Below are positions 13,185-25,510 of a stretch of 64,000 nucleotides of DNA, piece by piece. The position numbers were made by a program, and so were the translations under genes. Source of the stretch: Antedon mediterranea (lineage: Eukaryota > Animalia > Echinodermata); contig NC_092672.1 in assembly GCF_964355755.1 (NCBI RefSeq), forward strand, positions 19,667,237 to 19,731,236, in the 5' to 3' direction. The notes below the pieces were generated by a model, which had not been told where the DNA came from, made no database searches, and saw nothing but the letters and a program-made list of their open reading frames with translations. Every line of letters starts with the position of its first letter. Position 1 is the stretch's first letter.

Positions 13185-14524
13185 TCTATATATAAATTAT
13201 GGTTAATTCTGACATAGGCGAGCACAATGCAAAAACTTCTCTACAAATCTCCGCCTTGGATACCTACCTTATCTATCCGATATGTACCGCGAAACGTAGA
13301 TTTGATAACATTAGTGTGCACGCCGACGCTATTGTTCCATATTTATATCTTAGGAAGATATTATAAAGAGTTTTTTAACAACATTTATGATTTCAACATT
13401 GGATTTTCCTCTCAATTTCAATTCTTCCCGGTCAAAGTAATTTCCGGGTTTAAGATAAGTTCACCTTAGTTTCAAATATTTCCTCTCTTTTATACACAAG
13501 GGAGCAGTTAAAATAATAGATTTGACCCTAAAGGTGACTGGAAACAGGCACTTTCCATCAATCAATACAGTGTCCCTTTGGAAGATGAAAAAAAAATTGG
13601 CCATTAATCATAGCCATTTCAGTTTTTTGTTTATTTTAAAACATACCACACGTGTGTGAAGGTACAGTAGTTAAATAATAGGAATTATACTGCAAATTAA
13701 TAAAGATCAAATTAAATATACGCCATAAAGAATCAGAATATATTGTGGGGAATAGTATTATAAAATTACATAGGGAGATTTGATAAGACATTTTTCGAGT
13801 GAAATCCCGATAGCTGAGTTTTATTGAGTAAGCTTGCAGGAATAACTGTAGGCTATCTTCCTGTGTCCCGTTAGGACCGAGATGTCTGCCCATGTTGCAA
13901 GCCGTAATGTCTTCTTTCTTGGGCCCACTCTGTCATGGCAGTTAGTTTCAAAAGATGATTAAATTAAATAATGTATTAATAATTATTAGGATGGTATTCA
14001 TTTGAATAAACGCCTCTCCAATAAAACATCACTTTGAATAATAACCCCCCCCCCCCCCCCCCCACCCCACAACCCACAACCCAACTATCTAATAAACGTC
14101 CATCCACATATTTATAATAACACAATTATACTATTTGTAGTAGAATTCACCGCACTGTTATCTGCAATTTACCAAGCATTTGTTATTCTTTTTTACCACT
14201 TTTCATATCTATGAGAGGATTTCATTTGATTATAAATGTTACCATATTATTAGAACTAAAAAATTTAACATATATCCCTCGAATAAGCACCTCCCTCAAA
14301 TGACCTCCGCCTCCCCAAAGGGCCCTACCAAACAATAAAAACTATACTTTAAAATGTTATTAATCATCTAAAACACTGTGAAACAAAGTAGTTTAGTTTT
14401 ACGAATGTCAAGCATTTTCAATAATGGTAACCGACAGAAAATGTATAAGGAGAACATTATCATTCCGAGAACCATCGTCTACACTTCCTAGAGGGGGAGC
14501 GAGCGAAGCGAGCTCACCCTCTAG
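13185..14524 (+). mobile_element. Non-autonomous Helitron, copy 2 (1340 bp)
   Basis: Starts 5'-TCTATATA, ends in GC-rich hairpin + CTAG-3'; inserted between A and T of satellite gaca^tacaat with no TSD and satellite phase preserved. Confidence 0.9.
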
Positions 14525-14914
14525 TACAATAAAATTACACTATACTGCTGTCATAGTACTTGGCTAACAAGCCCTATAGGACTAATATTGTATTGATTGA
14601 CATACAATAAAATTACACTATACTGCTGTCATTGTACTTGGCTAACAAGCCCTATAGGACTAATATTGTCTTGATTGACATACAATAAAATTACACAATA
14701 CTGCTGTCATAGTACTTGGCTAACAAGCCCTATAGGACTAATATTGTATTGATTGACATACAATAAAATTACACTATACTGCTGTCATAGTACTTGGCTA
14801 ACAAGCTCTATAGGACTAATATTGTCTTGATTGGCATACAATAAAATTACACTATACTGCTGTCATAGTACTTGGCTAACAAGCCCTATAGGACTAATAT
14901 TGTCTTGATTGGCA

Positions 14915-16170
14915 TCTATATATAAATTATGGTTAATTCTGACATAGGCGAGCACAATGCAAAAACTTCGGTACAAATCTCCGCCTTGGATACCTACCTT
15001 ATCTATCCGAGATGTACCGCGAAACGTAGATTTGATAACATTAGTGTTCACGCCGACGCTATTGTTCCATATTTATATCTTAGGAAGATATTATAAAGAG
15101 TTTTTTAACAACATTTATGATTTCAACATTAGATTTTCCTCTCAATTTCAATTCTTCCCGGTCAAAGTAATTTCCGGGTTTAAGATAAGTTCACCTTGCA
15201 ACGACCTGGTTTCAAATATTTTCTCTCTTTTAAACACAAGGGAGCAGTTAAAATAATAGATTTGACCCTAAAGGTGACTGGAAACAGGCACTTTCCATCA
15301 ATCAATACAGTGTCCCTTTGGAAGACAGTAGTTAAATAATAGGAATTATACTGCAAATTAATAAAGATCAAATTAAATATACGCCATAAAGAATCAGAAT
15401 ATATTGTGGGGAATAGTATTATAAAATTACATAGGCAGATTTGATGATAAGACATTTTTCGAGTGAAATCCCGATAGCTAAGTTTTATTGAGTAAGCTTG
15501 CAGGAATAACTGTAGGCTATCTTCCTGTGTCCCATTAGGACCAAGATGTCTGCCCATGTTGCAAGCCGTAATGTCTTCTTTCTTGGGCCCACTCTGTCAC
15601 GGCAGTTAGTTTCAAAAGATGATTAAATCAAATAATTAATTAATAATTATTAGGATGGTATTCATTTGAATAAACGCCTCTCCAATAAAACATCACTTTG
15701 AATAATAAACCCCCCCCCCCCCAACCCAACTATCTAATAAACGTCCATCCACATATTTATAATAACACAATTATACTATTTGTAGTAGAATTCACCGCAC
15801 TGTTATCTACAATTTACCAAGCATTTGTTATTCTCTTTTAGCACTTTTCATATCTATTAGAGGATTTTATTTGATTATAAATGTTACCATATTATTAAAA
15901 CTAAAAAATTGAACATATATCCCTCGGATAAAGCACCTCCCTCAAATGACCTCCGCCTCCCCAAAGGGCCCTACCAAACAATAAAAACTATACTTTAAAA
16001 TGTTATTAATCATCTAAAACACTGTGAAACAAAGTAGTTTAGTTTTAGGAATGTCAATCATTTTCAATAATGGTAACCGACAGAAAACGTATAAGGAGAA
16101 CATTATCATTCCGAGAACCATCGTCTACACTTCCTAGAGGGGGAGCGAGCGAAGCCAGCTCACCCTCTAG
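14915..16170 (+). mobile_element. Non-autonomous Helitron, copy 3 (1256 bp)
   Basis: Same TC...hairpin-CTAG termini, inserted at ggca^tacaat; aligns to copy 2 with scattered substitutions, an 11-bp and a 79-bp indel. Confidence 0.9.
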
Positions 16171-16309
16171 TACAATAAAATTACACTATACTGCTGTCAT
16201 AGTACTTGGCTAACAAGCCCTATAGGACTAATATTGTATTGATTGACATACAATAAAATTACAATATACTGCTGTCATAGTACTTGGCTAACAAGCCCTA
16301 TAGGACTAA

Positions 16310-16505
16310 TGTAATATTCTTTAAATACATGAGAGACGTTTCTAGTAACACAATGCTTTTATTCTTTAGTTATTCGACATCATTGTTATCACAATCATTC
16401 GTGAGGTCTTCTATACTGAAGCCATGTTTTAGAGGTCTGTTGCCTTATGGGTATCCTACATACTATAGAGGGCGACATCATAATATATGGTGCCATCATA
16501 TAACA
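16310..16505 (-). repeat. 3' LTR
   Basis: tgtaatattc...catataaca, adjacent to the polypurine tract. Confidence 0.95.
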
Positions 16506-16608
16506 TCCCTCTTCTTTAATTACTCATAATGGTGTACAAATATAATTAAACTGTGGGTCTCATTTATCAATCATATTACAATCATAATAAAACAATTATA
16601 AGTTTTAT

Positions 16609-18552
16609 TTACAAATCTAATCTATTTGGTTTCTTAATTTTTCTGCCACTGCTAGAGCATGATGATGGTTTGTGTTCTATAGTCTTGTAATGAGTAAGTG
16701 GTGTTTCTAGTATTATGTGTGTGAAGTGTTCGTTTGTTTTGCGGATGTGTGTTCGGTTTCTTCTTAGTGTTTTCTGGTTTTCTGTCAGTACTCTGTACGA
16801 ATGTGGACTCGTTTTGTTTAGTATCTTCGCTGGGATCCACTGTGGGTTTTTGTCAGAGTGTCTGATTCTCACGCTTTCTCCTGTCTTTATTGGTTGAAGT
16901 GGTTTTGTATTTTCATCATGATATTGCTTCTGTTTGTCTTGTCGGTTTTTTAGTCGATTTCTTATTTCTTTTCTGGTTGGCATTTTTTCATTGTTTGTTG
17001 GAAGTTCTGTTTTTAGTCCTCTGTGAAATATCATCATTCCGGGTGAGGCAAGTTTTGAGTCGACTGGAGTTGCTCGCATGTATAGTAAAGCTTTGTCAAC
17101 ATCTGTGTTGTTGTGCTGAGCTTTGATGATGGTTGACTTCACTGTTTGAACCATTCGTTCGATGAATCCATTTCCTTCATGGTGGTGAGGACTTGTGGTT
17201 GTGTGTATGAATTTCCAATCTTTGCTAAACTGTTTGAATTGTTCACTGTTGAAGTGTGGTCCGTTGTCAGTAATCAATTCTTGAACCATCCCAAACTCTG
17301 AGAAGACATTTTTTATTATCGATATAACTGTCTCACTGTTTGATTGGTCTGCCGGTATTTTTCTTATGATTGGATATTTGGTGTAATAATCTGCTATTAG
17401 GAGGTATTCTACTCTATTTATGTAGAATAGGTCAGCTGCGAGTATTTCCCATTCTTTGGTAGGGATTTTTCTCTTCAACATTGGTTCATGTTGTTGTTTG
17501 TGTTTTTGTTGTTGGCATGATGGGCATGCTTTTATCATGTTTTCTATTTCCTCATTAATACTGGGCCAATGGATTGATGTTTTAGCCATCAGTTGACACT
17601 TGGTTATGCCTAAGTGGGATGTGTATAGTTGTTTTAGGATGTCCTGTCTCATGACTTCTGGGATCACTACTCTGTTACCCTTTAGTATTATTCCGTTCTC
17701 TGTTGTGAGTTCATCCCTGTATGGGAAGTATGGTCTTATTGTCTTATGTACAGATTTTAGTTTGTTTGGCCAGCCTTGCTGTATTATACTTCCCAATTTT
17801 ATGAGAGTTGGGTCTTCCTTGGTCTTCTGCCTTATTTCTTCTTCTTTGGACTCTGAGAAATATGACAGTTGTATCTTTACTTCTTCTTCAATTTGGCTGT
17901 CATTTATAGGGTTTAATCTAGACATGGCATCTGCCAGGACCATTTCTTTGCCTGGTTTATACTTGATTGTCAGATCATATCCTTGTAGTCTCATTAGTAG
18001 TCTTTGTAGTCTTGGTGGTGCACACATTAGATTTTTTAGTTGGATCATCTCTAACGGTTTGTGGTCTGATTCCACAATGAATGAGTTTCCATACACATAT
18101 GTGTGGAACTTCTCTACTGCGTATACTACCGCCAGTAGTTCTCTTTCAATGTTCGCATATCTTTGTTCCGCTTCTGTTAATGCCTTTGATGTAAACGCAA
18201 CAACTTTTTCGTCTTGTATGAGTGCTGCTCCCACTCCAATCAGGGATGCATCCACTTGTAGTTTCAACTTTTTGTTAGGTTGGAAATAGGTCAGTGTTGT
18301 CTGGTTACAAATTGTTGACTTTATCTCTTCGAATGCTTTTTGTTGTGAGCCATTCCATTCAAATACATTATCTTTTTTCAGAAGTTCTCGGAGGGGTGCT
18401 GTTTTGTCTGACAGCTTGGGACAGAAGGGACTCATATACGTGGCGATGCCTAGGAAACTTTGTAACTCTTTAACATTCGTTGGTGGTTTTATCTTGCTGA
18501 TGGCTTCAATGCGCTTTGGGTCAGCATGTACTCCATCTTTATCATATATCAT
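16609..18552 (-). CDS. Pol C-terminal part: RT end, RNase H, integrase (in-frame continuation after a premature stop)
   Basis: LQVDAS, YANIERELLA, SDHKPL (RNase H); ADLF..ITDNGPHF..GNGFIER (D,D35E integrase); same frame as 18568-20535. Confidence 0.9.
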   Translation of the reverse strand: MIYDKDGVHADPKRIEAISKIKPPTNVKELQSFLGIATYMSPFCPKLSDKTAPLRELLKKDNVFEWNGSQQKAFEEIKSTICNQTTLTYFQPNKKLKLQVDASLIGVGAALIQDEKVVAFTSKALTEAEQRYANIERELLAVVYAVEKFHTYVYGNSFIVESDHKPLEMIQLKNLMCAPPRLQRLLMRLQGYDLTIKYKPGKEMVLADAMSRLNPINDSQIEEEVKIQLSYFSESKEEEIRQKTKEDPTLIKLGSIIQQGWPNKLKSVHKTIRPYFPYRDELTTENGIILKGNRVVIPEVMRQDILKQLYTSHLGITKCQLMAKTSIHWPSINEEIENMIKACPSCQQQKHKQQHEPMLKRKIPTKEWEILAADLFYINRVEYLLIADYYTKYPIIRKIPADQSNSETVISIIKNVFSEFGMVQELITDNGPHFNSEQFKQFSKDWKFIHTTTSPHHHEGNGFIERMVQTVKSTIIKAQHNNTDVDKALLYMRATPVDSKLASPGMMIFHRGLKTELPTNNEKMPTRKEIRNRLKNRQDKQKQYHDENTKPLQPIKTGESVRIRHSDKNPQWIPAKILNKTSPHSYRVLTENQKTLRRNRTHIRKTNEHFTHIILETPLTHYKTIEHKPSSCSSSGRKIKKPNRLDL

Positions 18553-18567
18553 ACCAAAGAAATTTAT

Positions 18568-20535
18568 TTACGGTCGCTTTATTTCACATTTCTCTGCATT
18601 GAATACAAGCCCATATTCTCTAGCGGTTTCCATCAGGTCCATTAAGTTTCGATCATGTTCTTCTTCTGTTTTCCCAAATACAGCAACGTCATCTGCGATG
18701 CCTGTGGCTCCGATGCATTTCTCCAATATTTGATCCATCTTATGTTGAAAAACGTCTTGGCTGACATTCAGTCCAAATGGTAATCTTAGGAATCTGAATC
18801 TTCCAAACCCTGGAGTGTTAAATGTGGTAAGATAACTGGATTCTTTGTCAAGTCTTATGGACCAATATCCATGTCGTGCATCTAGTTTAGAGAAAAACTT
18901 TGCCCCACTAAATTTATGTGTTATCTCATCTAGGGTTGGTGTGTGATGGTATGTGCGTTTTATAGCTTTGTTTAAGTCCTTAGGATCTAAACATATCCGC
19001 CATCTCCCATTTGGTTTCTGTGAGTAGGCCAAACTTGAAACCCAATCCACTGGTTTCTCTACTTTCTGTATGACATTTAATCTCATCATTTCATCCAACT
19101 CAGCCTTTATGTCATTTTTTATCGCTAATGGACATGACCTTGGTGCGTGTATGACAGGTGGTACCGTTTCGTCTATAACTATTTTGTACGTACCCTCAAA
19201 CTTGCCAATGCCTTCAAATCTGTCTGGATAGAGTCTTTTTATGTCCTCTACATCCTTGATTTTGTCATTTACTTCGACTGCACAGTTTATCTGTATTATC
19301 TTCAGAGTCTTTAGCGTCGGTAGTCCCATTATAGCTGGTCCCTGTACCTCTGCAATATAAAACTTTGCATTTGTGTGTAAGTTATTGAAGTAACATGGGA
19401 TGTGTATGTAACCATAATGTTTGATTTGTGCTCCGTTATACGCTGTGACTTTTACATTAGATTTGTTAACATATTTATCATTAGGTACATTATTGCTCAT
19501 GTTTTTAGGAAACATAGCTCTATACATTCTCAGTGGTAATATATTACCCTCTGCACCTGTATCTACTTTTACTTTCAGAAAAGTTGGTTTGTTACGGTTT
19601 ATTTCAATTTTGACATTTGTGAACACTTCTGTGTCACCATCTTTAGCGTTTATCTGGCTTATTTTAATTGCTTCAAATGTAATATTAGATTCATCTTCAC
19701 TGTCGCAATCGCTACCATTGCTTTTGTTTATACCATGCACGTTTCTCTTACTTCTGTTAGGTGCATTTATATATTTGCCCTTTTGTTTGTCATTACGTTT
19801 TGACCTACATGCTCTACTAAAATGATTTTTCCTACCACAATTATTGCAGGACATGCCAAAAGCTGGACATTTACCATATTCATGTGATCTAGTGCATCTT
19901 GAGCATGGTTTACTTTTATCTCTATCTTTGGTTCTATCATGTTTATAATTATTAGACATACCTAATTGATCTACCGCTACTTGGTGATCAGCTTTGAGCT
20001 CTTTCCCTAAGTTTCTCGACGCTTCTGATGCCTTACATATTTTCATGCACTTATCTAAATTTAAATCATCTTCTCTAAGCAATCGTTCACGCAATTGATT
20101 GTCCAATAGTCCACAAACAATTCTATCCCTGATGAGGGATTCCTCAATTTCTCCAAACTCACATGTCTTGCTCTTGTTCTTTAGGTCGGTCACATATTGG
20201 TCTATCTTCTCACCTGGTATCTGGTTTCGTGAAAAGAAAGTGTGTCGTTCAAATGTAATGTTTTTCTTGGGGTTGCAATATTCCTCAAATTTGTGCATAA
20301 CTGTGTTTAATCTCATCTTCATTTTCAATTTAAATGCGTTATATACATCTAAGCCTTGTTGCCCAATAGTATGGAGTAGTAATGACGTTTGCGTTTCACT
20401 TGGTTTTCGTGACATTCCACTGGCAATGTTATTGTTATATAGTTCAAATCTCTGTTTGAATCTCTTCCAATTCTCCGATATGTTGCCTGTCGATATATTT
20501 AATGGTTCTGGCTGATTTAGGTTCGCCATGATCAA
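18568..20535 (-). CDS. Gag-protease-reverse transcriptase part of the gag-pol polyprotein
   Basis: Two zinc knuckles (CSRC..H..C, CNNC..NH...C), protease VDTGA, RT motifs RICLDP, LDARHGYW, LPFGL, IADD; ends at in-frame TAA. Confidence 0.92.
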   Translation of the reverse strand: MIMANLNQPEPLNISTGNISENWKRFKQRFELYNNNIASGMSRKPSETQTSLLLHTIGQQGLDVYNAFKLKMKMRLNTVMHKFEEYCNPKKNITFERHTFFSRNQIPGEKIDQYVTDLKNKSKTCEFGEIEESLIRDRIVCGLLDNQLRERLLREDDLNLDKCMKICKASEASRNLGKELKADHQVAVDQLGMSNNYKHDRTKDRDKSKPCSRCTRSHEYGKCPAFGMSCNNCGRKNHFSRACRSKRNDKQKGKYINAPNRSKRNVHGINKSNGSDCDSEDESNITFEAIKISQINAKDGDTEVFTNVKIEINRNKPTFLKVKVDTGAEGNILPLRMYRAMFPKNMSNNVPNDKYVNKSNVKVTAYNGAQIKHYGYIHIPCYFNNLHTNAKFYIAEVQGPAIMGLPTLKTLKIIQINCAVEVNDKIKDVEDIKRLYPDRFEGIGKFEGTYKIVIDETVPPVIHAPRSCPLAIKNDIKAELDEMMRLNVIQKVEKPVDWVSSLAYSQKPNGRWRICLDPKDLNKAIKRTYHHTPTLDEITHKFSGAKFFSKLDARHGYWSIRLDKESSYLTTFNTPGFGRFRFLRLPFGLNVSQDVFQHKMDQILEKCIGATGIADDVAVFGKTEEEHDRNLMDLMETAREYGLVFNAEKCEIKRP

Positions 20536-20783
20536 TATTAATTTTTAATATTGTCAGTTGTTGTATACAGTGGTAACAAAATGTGTATGGGCTATTTTTT
20601 GTCTTCTGCTATCCGAATACAAAATCCAATTCAGTTCTCTCCGCACGTCACGTGTGTACTCTCAACAACACGTTTTACTATTCTATTCGTGCGGCGGCGT
20701 GTACGCTAGCCTATTTATTCTTCTAGCCTAGTATAGCTTATCGATTGACTTTATTATATGTTTCAATCCTACCGTTGCCACCA

Positions 20784-20979
20784 TGTAATATTCTTTAAAT
20801 ACATGAGAGACGTTTCTAGTAACACAATGCTTTTATTCTTTAGTTATTCGACATCATTGTTATCACAATCATTCGTGAGGTCTTCTATACTGAAGCCATG
20901 TTTTAGAGGTCTGTTGCCTTATGGGTATCCTACATACTATAGAGGGCGACATCATAATATATGGTGCCATCATATAACA
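20784..20979 (-). repeat. 5' LTR
   Basis: Same sequence as 16310-16505, adjacent to the PBS. Confidence 0.95.
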
Positions 20980-21013
20980 CTAATATTGTCTTGATTGACA
21001 TACAATAAAATTA

Positions 21014-24000
21014 TAGACTGTGGGCTACCGTAACCCCCCCTCCCCCCCCCCCTGGGGATTTTATGACCCATACATTTTTGGAAACCTCACACATATAGGT
21101 TTTCAAATCAGGTTGTCTGCACATTGCGCAGTGGTGCGTAAACCGATGAGGGCGCTTTTTCCAAAATGGCCGCCAAATTTAATAAAATATTATATATATT
21201 GATAAAACAGTAATTTATATGCTAAAATTAACTTGTTTTTTAATTGTTCTGTATTGAAATAATGTGTGGTCAGGTCATGGTATATGTTTGTATTCCGAAA
21301 AGTCAATATAGAGGGCGCATTTCAAAATGGCCGTCGAAAATCATAAAACTTAACAAAATTGAAGTAATTACTAGAAATGATTATATAAACAATCAGAAAA
21401 ATGTCAGAATGTCATTTTACCATTCAATAATTTAACTGGTACTGACATTATTTGATTAAACTAATAAAATAATATTATTATTATTAAAATAATACAAAAA
21501 CTTCTATCAAACAAATTAGTTGATGCATGACATTCAACTTTAAACCAATCAGAACACAGATAGCAGTGTAGTAGTCTAGTTGATCAGTTGTATGAAACCA
21601 GTCTAGTCTATATAACATTGAGCTAAATTATCGAAGAAAATTGTGCTTTTTCAACAACAAAGTTAATTCATAGTAAGTATTACAAGCAATTTGCTCTCCT
21701 AGTACAGTACATGGTGCAAAATGTGGACTAGCCTAGGCCTAGGAGAACTTGGTAAAACTGCACAGTTCTGGCTTAACTATATGGATCGAGTTTGGCTTAT
21801 CCTTCAATTTCAAAGAGCAACTAAGAAAACAATTTTGATTTGCATTTAGCTAGCCTACAAAGAATGTGTAGTCTGTTTTTTAGCTACGACCACCAAAACT
21901 ATGCTAGATATACAATGGTGTATTTCCTGTCTCTCCTAAACATATCAGAGACACATCCCGGAGCAGAGGAGCTCTTGCGACACAATGGTTTCAGCGTTAA
22001 ACGATCACAAATTCCGATGTCGAGAAATGCTGTTGACATCACAATTGAACAAACTATCAACCGTCACGCAAAGTGCCATGGTGGAATCATAGGATTCAGC
22101 AGGAACTATTCGGCATATCATAGGTGGTGCACGACAAGACACAGTAGGGCTGGTTACCTGCAAGCCACAATGGAAATGGCAGACATGGATAACATGGAAT
22201 CGACTTCACACAAGGGCTTGAAGTCCTCACACATCATCAACAGTGAACAAGATACTTGCAAGGGTTCTAGCAGCATTTCATAATTTTGTAAATCCTTTTG
22301 TTGTTGAAAACAAGAACGTCCTCTACTGTCTGTCATCAGGTGCACCAGTATCAGATGAGATCGAACGTGATCTCCTCCAGGCTGATAATATTGGAAAACA
22401 GGCTTACGACAAATTTGTTACGCAACGACTTGTTGAAGGCACAGTAAGTTTTCATCATCCAATCAAGAAGTGTAAACTAAAGACATTTGTACAACTTGCC
22501 AAATCCTGTAAGATATCGGGACAGTCAAAGAAGATCAAAGAAGTAAAAGCTGAAAGAAATGTATTTGGTCAGCTTGTACTTTTAGCAATGAAGCATGACA
22601 TTCGTATGGAGAGGGTGCTTAGTTTCTCATTGGGCCCTGTTCCATGGGCACTTGCAACGGCTGATGGTGTTCCAGTGAAGACAGACAAGGCAAAGCTTAT
22701 GCATGCATTGGTAGGCGAATCGAACACAATAGAAAGGCCGGCTGGAGAAACCACATATATTGTTCACTGAATGGCTCTGCTGCAAGCACAGATGGCTTTG
22801 CCTGATACATTTGGAGACCTGGCAGAGAGTATATTTGGACAGCTGCCTAAGGTAAAACGTGTGGACTTTGTAACTGATACCTACCTCCCACTATCAATCA
22901 AAGGAATTGAAAGGGCTAGAAGAGGTTCTTCTAAATCCCATATAATTAAAGGAGTCAAGACTAAAGAGCCACGAGACTGGAAATCGTTTCTGTCAAGCGA
23001 TGACAATAAGATGACACTAACAGAATTTCTACTAAGTGAATGGAAAAAGAATAAATATGCACCAAGTCTTCATGGAAGAGAAGTTGTATTTGGCTATACG
23101 AATAAATGCATAAGTCTGAAGAGCAATGATGGCCAAGAAACTATGTCTGAGGAACTTACAGAGTTATCGTTAACACAGGAAGAGGCTGATACGAAGTTGA
23201 TTCTCCACTGTCTGCAAATTGCCAGAAATTCATCATCCAATTCTACCATAATCATTCGATCTCCAGACACAGATGTCTTCATTCTTCTGCTTCATCACAC
23301 CCAGGAACTGACTCAAACAATACTATTTGATACAGGTGTTGGCAATAAAAGACGTCTTGTAGATGTGCATAAAGTCATAAGTGATGTGGGAAATGATGTG
23401 TGTCATGCCCTTCCCGCATTACATGCATTCAGTTGTTGTGACACAACCAGTGCATTTGTTCGTAAGTGGAAACTACTACCTTTGAAGATCCTCAAACAGC
23501 ACCAGGAATTTCTTGGTGCATTTCTGACTCTTGGCCGATCATTGGAAATTGCAGATGAAACTCATGAAAGCTTGGAGCATTTTGTGTGCCGTCTTTACAA
23601 CACTAAATCTACTGTAACTGACATTAACACTTTGCGACATGATAAATTTCTGGAAAGATTTAGTGTCAAGCCAGGTGCAATACTTTCGACCTATGATGGC
23701 ATGGATATGAGCCTCCCTCCACCTTGCCGAGATGCTCTTAAAATGCATGTTAAAAGATCTAATTATCAAGCGTTTATTTGGTACCAAGCACACCAAGCCG
23801 TACCAAATATCCCTCAACCAGACGGGCATGGTGTATTCAAAATGAAAAGTTGGACTTGAAGTGGACGGAAGGTGATATGATGCCACATGAGCTGGTTGAC
23901 GTATTGGTAGAGGAACAGGAAGAGGAGGATGAGGAGGAGGATGATGATGAGCAAACTGAATTTAACAACTTGATGGACATTTTTTTTGACACGGAAGAAG

Positions 24001-24830
24001 ACTAGATAATCTTGTTATTGAAACTTTTATTGTAAATAGTAAGAAATGGCATTTCCAGTTACTTTTCCATACAACATTCTACTAGAGCAACTATAAAACC
24101 ACATGTTCTGAAAAATTTGCAACAATTTCCAAATGTATACTACCAGTAGTTAGAGAGATATGACAAAACCAGGTCAAAGGTCATAAAGGTCATAAATGTC
24201 ACTTCCGGTAATTTTTTGACAAAATGTTTCATTAGAGCAAATAGAAATATGCATATTGTAAACAATTTGAGATCATTTACAAGTGTCTATCATGTAAAGT
24301 CAATGTTATGTCTTTAAAATATGGAAAAAAACCCAATAGTGCACTTTTATTAGAATTGTTGGCAGCCATTTTGACAAAACGGTCAGAAATGGCATTCCCA
24401 GTCCCCTTTACATAAAACTCTCCATTAGAGCAAGTATAAAACCACATGTTCCAAACAATTTGCGACAAATTCCAAATGTGTACTACCAGTAGTTATAGAG
24501 ATATGACAAAACCGGGTCAAAGGTCAGAGTGACAAAAATGTCATTTCCGGTCAAATTTTTACAAAACTTTTCATTAGAGCAAATAGAAATGTGCTAACTG
24601 TAAACAATTTGAGACCATTTATAAGTCTCTACCATGAGTGGTTGCCAAGATAGAGGCACCTGAGCCTATGGGCAGCCATTTTGAAAACGCGCCCTCACAG
24701 GAATACGCACCACTGCGCAATGTGCAGACAACCTGATTTTAGTTCGTATATGGGTAGGGTTAAAAAAAATACTGGTCCCGAAAAATCCCCAGGGGGGGGG
24801 GGAGGGTCCCGTGTTTGAGCCCACAGTCTA
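21014..24830 (+). mobile_element. AcademX-type DNA transposon, internally deleted
   Basis: TAGACTGTGGGCT...AGCCCACAGTCTA termini, 3-bp TSD tta, about 170 bp imperfect TIR (aaatcaggttgtctgcacattgcgcagtggtgcgta and reverse complement); TAG..CTA ends, 3-4 bp TSD and XPG-like domain are Academ hallmarks. Confidence 0.85.
21746..24005 (+). pseudogene. Disrupted Academ transposase C-terminus + XPG/PIN-like nuclease
   Basis: HQNYARY, AVDITIEQTINRHAK..GGIIG; QEEADTKLILH, IRSPDTDV, LHAFSCCDT; frameshifts near 21826, 22250, 23833 and stop at 22768. Confidence 0.85.
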
Positions 24831-25510
24831 TTACACTATACTGCTGTCATAGTACTTGGCTAACAAGCCCTATAGGACTAATATTGTATTGATTGACATA
24901 CAATAAAATTACACTATACTGCTGTCATAGTACTTGGCTAACAAGCCCTATAGGACTAATATTGTCTTGATTGACATACAATAAAATTACACTATACTGC
25001 TGTCATAGTACTTGGCTAACAAGCCCTATAGGACTAATATTGTATTGATTGGCATACAATAAAATTACACTATACTGCTGTCATAGTACTTGGCTAACAA
25101 GCCCTATAGGACTAATATTGTCTTGATTGGCATACAATAAAATTACACTATACTGCTGTCATAGTACTTGGCTAACAAGCCCTATAGGACTAATATTGTA
25201 TTGATTGACATACAATAAAATTACACTATACTGCTGTCATAGTACTTGGCTAACAAGCCCTATAGGACTAATATTGCCTTGATTGACATACAATAAAATT
25301 ACACTATACTGCTGTCATAGTACTTGGCTAACAAGCCCTATAGGACTAATATTGTATTGATTGACATACAATAAAATTACACTATACTGCTGTCATAGTA
25401 CTTGGCTAACAAGCCCTATAGGACTAATATTGTATTGATTGGCATACAATAAAATTACACTATACTGCTGTCATAGTACTTGGCTAACAAGCCCCATAGG
25501 ACTAATATTG

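Larger units (their letters stand above)
16310..20979 (-). mobile_element. Full-length Ty3/Gypsy LTR retrotransposon (Mag-like)
   Basis: 196-bp LTRs TG...CA at 16310-16505 and 20784-20979, identical by eye; 4-bp TSD ctaa; PBS (TGGTGGCAACGGTAGGATT, resembles tRNA-Leu 3' end) at about 20765-20783; PPT at 16506-16518; domain order PR-RT-RH-IN. Confidence 0.96.

Noticed and set aside
13227-15557. Duplicated short ORFs inside the Helitrons as genes
   Set aside because: No recognisable domain, ends differ between copies, no Rep/helicase motifs.
18553-18570. Programmed stop-codon read-through
   Set aside because: The TAA lies inside RT, not at the gag/pol boundary; more simply a nonsense mutation.
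16652-20515. Antisense/overlapping ORFs in the Gypsy element
   Set aside because: Shadow frames of gag-pol with no motifs.
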